NCBI RefSeq assembly: GCF_003334255.1
Contig: NZ_QOWU01000168.1
From: Escherichia coli
Lineage (GTDB): Bacteria; Pseudomonadota; Gammaproteobacteria; Enterobacterales; Enterobacteriaceae
Length of the DNA: 1,252 nucleotides
Direction: 5' to 3' (one strand)
The position numbers and the translations under genes were made by a program. Positions 1 to 1,252 of this stretch are shown here, in pieces; positions within the stretch are counted from its first letter, which is position 1, and every line of letters begins with the position of its first letter. The notes beneath the pieces are model-generated. The model was not told the DNA's origin and made no database searches. It worked only from the letters and a program-made list of their open reading frames with translations.

Positions 1-89
1 CACATGCTGAGGGTGCTGTCCGGGTGCAGCTCCGGGTCGGGCAGGCGGTTACCTGCCGGGTCTGTGGCATACGGGATATCAATGCCCAG
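1..89 (-). CDS. Start of a downstream orphan Rhs core fragment (no start codon; continues beyond window start). Likely a silent, promoterless rhs-CT cassette
   Basis: Composition jumps from AT-rich to about 66% GC (59 G+C in positions 1..90, counted by hand). Minus-strand translation of 89..1 is LGIDIPYATDPAGNRLPDPELHPDSTLSM(W), which contains a YD-repeat-like element (Y-x-x-D-x-x-G-x-R-L) and resembles Rhs core sequence from memory. The frame is continuous with the immunity stop codon (…TAA IKLIALIIICNLGIDIPY…) and has no ATG/GTG/TTG before Met at 5..3. Exact extent and expression status are uncertain. Confidence 0.5.
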   Translation of the reverse strand, partial: MGIDIPYATDPAGNRLPDPELHPDSTLSM

Positions 90-122
90 GTTACATATAA
101 TAATAAGAGCAATTAACTTAAT

Positions 123-449
123 TTATTTGTTTATAATGCGCTTACTTAATACAAACCATTGAATATACCCTCCTGACAGAAAATAAAGCCATATTATTAT
201 CGCCATAATATACTTACTATCAATCCTTACGCCAATAATGTCTGATACAGTCCCTATAAATATTAGAGCAATAAAGAATACTATGCCTGTTGGAAAACAT
301 ATTACCATCATTCCATAAGACATGAGACTAATTAACTCGCTCACATCACGAGTGGAGTCTAATAGTGAAAGTCTATGCATGGAAAAGAATAGTATTAAAA
401 GCGATAAAGCCAGCCATATAGCTCTGAATAAAAAAATAATATATTTCAT
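123..449 (-). CDS. Putative cognate immunity protein (RhsI-like): small integral membrane protein, 108 aa, about 3 predicted transmembrane segments
   Basis: ORF immediately downstream of the toxin on the same strand. Its ATG (449..447) overlaps the toxin TAA (451..449) by one base (TAATG). A GGAG Shine-Dalgarno sits 7 nt upstream. The translation [23 protein letters not shown]...MMVICFPTGIVFFIALIFIGTV...IMAIIIWLYFLSGGYIQWFVL has three hydrophobic stretches of about 20 residues each. AT-rich composition (about 30% GC in 121..180) matches the toxin tip. Immunity function is inferred from position, not from homology. Confidence 0.65.
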   Translation of the reverse strand: MKYIIFLFRAIWLALSLLILFFSMHRLSLLDSTRDVSELISLMSYGMMVICFPTGIVFFIALIFIGTVSDIIGVRIDSKYIMAIIIWLYFLSGGYIQWFVLSKRIINK

Positions 450-1252
450 TACATCACTCCGGTGAATACAAATCTAATAAAACGTCCAATGTTATTTCCG
501 GAGCACTTCATCTTACATGTTTCTAAAGAATCATTAGACCAGTCTTGGCAGTTTTTAAATAGCCCTAAATTTATAGGTGTGAATATATCAGGCAATACAG
601 AATAACGCGGCCTTACCTCTTTAAACTTCCCTTTTAAACAGTTCTCCACACAACTATTATCGGTTTCAACGAGGTCACAACGGCCAGCAGCTTCTTTTGT
701 ATCATTACTTGCTTTACCTGGCCCCCATAGACCATCTCCTTTTGATTCTCCCCGTTGGTCTTGGCCACCACAAGTATAGTCCCCTTTACCATCTGGGACA
801 CAAAGATATTGATGATAGAACGGATTCCCCCATATATCTGGACCGCTTCTTTCACCAGTTCCGCCCATTGAATGCAGTGGCTTAATGCATTTTAGTGTTT
901 CTAATCCTAATGGATCTATATTTGAGATCGGATTCAACGGATACTGATAAAAATTCCATCCCCCTTTCAGCCCAATCGGATCCTGAGTGATATATCGCCC
1001 CTGCAGCGGGTCATAATAGCGGTGGCGGTTGTAATACAGGCCGGACTCCTCATCATACTGCTGCCCCGGCAGGCGGATAAGCTGCTGCAGCTGATGCGGG
1101 TTCTCTTCATTCAGCAGGTTGCCCCATTCATCGTATTCTGCGCACCATTCTGTTGTCCCTTCCTTGCTGATAAGGGCCAGCGGCAGGCCGCGATGGTCGC
1201 AGTGGTACAGGTGGATTTTTCGCGCCGGCGTGTACACCGGGTCCATCTGGTT
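449..1252 (-). CDS. Rhs-family polymorphic toxin, C-terminal portion (5'-partial; ORF open to the window edge). Comprises the end of the conserved Rhs core plus a variable C-terminal toxin tip
   Basis: The minus-strand frame is open from 1252 (codons N-Q before Met at 1246..1244) to stop TAA at 451..449. The translation ...[43 protein letters not shown]...[45 protein letters not shown] matches, from memory, the conserved C-terminal end of enterobacterial Rhs cores, ending in the PxxxxDPxGL boundary motif. GC-rich codons at 960..1252 are typical of the Rhs core. The Met at 1246 is internal, not the true start. Confidence 0.9.
   Translation of the reverse strand, partial: NQMDPVYTPARKIHLYHCDHRGLPLALISKEGTTEWCAEYDEWGNLLNEENPHQLQQLIRLPGQQYDEESGLYYNRHRYYDPLQGRYITQDPIGLKGGWNFYQYPLNPISNIDPLGLETLKCIKPLHSMGGTGERSGPDIWGNPFYHQYLCVPDGKGDYTCGGQDQRGESKGDGLWGPGKASNDTKEAAGRCDLVETDNSCVENCLKGKFKEVRPRYSVLPDIFTPINLGLFKNCQDWSNDSLETCKMKCSGNNIGRFIRFVFTGVM
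452..901 (-). other. Variable C-terminal toxin domain (Rhs-CT), about 150 aa, family not recognised; cysteine-rich and hydrophilic
   Basis: Residues after DPLGL: [150 protein letters not shown]. There are 9 Cys, many Gly/Asp/Lys, and no hydrophobic segment. No HNH, Walker or other catalytic motif I can identify. Composition is AT-rich relative to the core. Confidence 0.7.
457..460 (-). promoter_or_regulatory. Shine-Dalgarno (GGAG) for the immunity ORF, embedded in the last codons of the toxin gene
   Basis: Minus-strand sequence TTCACCGGAGTGATGTAATG: GGAG (460..457), 7-nt spacer, then ATG (449..447). The stop and start overlap, consistent with translational coupling. Confidence 0.5.
902..916 (-). 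other. DPLGL motif (GAT CCA TTA GGA TTA on minus strand): Rhs core / C-terminal tip demarcation, putative autoproteolytic site
   Basis: Reverse complement of 902..916 translates as D-P-L-G-L (aa 111-115 of the in-window ORF), preceded by [11 protein letters not shown]. By established knowledge of Rhs/YD-repeat proteins, the DPxGL motif marks where the variable toxin tip begins and is associated with C-terminal autoproteolysis. Confidence 0.8.

Noticed and set aside
90-122. Rho-independent terminator downstream of the immunity gene
   Set aside because: The segment is uniformly AT-rich, with no GC-rich inverted repeat followed by a U-tract. No hairpin can be supported.
461-560. Possible internal sigma70 promoter for the immunity gene within the toxin 3' end
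   Set aside because: A -35-like TTGGAC (489..484, minus strand) has no acceptable -10 hexamer at 16-18 bp spacing (TTCACC/ATTCAC). AT-richness alone is not evidence.
707-733. Walker-A-like string GLWGPGKAS in the toxin tip (aa 172-180)
   Set aside because: It has the G-x4-G-K spacing, but the residue after Lys is Ala rather than Ser/Thr, and there is no supporting Walker B context. Not a credible P-loop.
634-855. 73-aa minus-strand ORF from the six-frame track
   Set aside because: It lies entirely inside the Rhs toxin-tip ORF in an alternative frame, with no RBS or supporting context. Treated as a spurious overlapping frame.
697-885. 62-aa plus-strand ORF from the six-frame track
   Set aside because: It is antisense to the well-supported Rhs coding region and has a low-complexity translation. 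Treated as an antisense artefact.
1244-1246. ATG at 1246..1244 as the start codon of the 265-aa ORF
   Set aside because: The frame stays open upstream to the window edge (codons N-Q at 1252..1247), and the following residues are conserved Rhs core sequence. This is an internal Met of a much larger protein.
1-1252. tRNA/rRNA genes, CRISPR repeats, IS-element terminal inverted repeats
   Set aside because: I found no periodic direct repeats, no cloverleaf-compatible conserved tRNA motifs and no transposase-like ORF. The window is fully explained by Rhs core, tip, immunity gene and orphan fragment.

Overview
The window reads on the minus strand as the 3' end of an Rhs (rearrangement hotspot) polymorphic-toxin locus of the enterobacterial type. 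From position 1252 down: (i) the GC-rich end of the conserved Rhs core (about 1252..960), running into the hallmark DPLGL boundary motif (916..902); (ii) an AT-rich, cysteine-rich C-terminal tip of about 150 aa (901..452) that I cannot assign to a known toxin family; (iii) a small AT-rich ORF (449..123) encoding a 108-aa protein with three hydrophobic segments, whose ATG overlaps the toxin stop by one base (TAATG), which is the expected arrangement for a cognate immunity gene; (iv) an abrupt return to GC-rich sequence (about 89..1) that translates as Rhs-core-like YD-repeat peptide with no start codon, i.e. the beginning of a downstream orphan Rhs fragment. The main Rhs ORF is open at the window edge, so its N-terminus lies beyond position 1252. 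No RNA genes, CRISPR repeats or plus-strand genes are supported. The candidate novel system is the unassigned Cys-rich toxin tip with its membrane immunity protein; the orphan core fragment suggests a toxin-switching locus.
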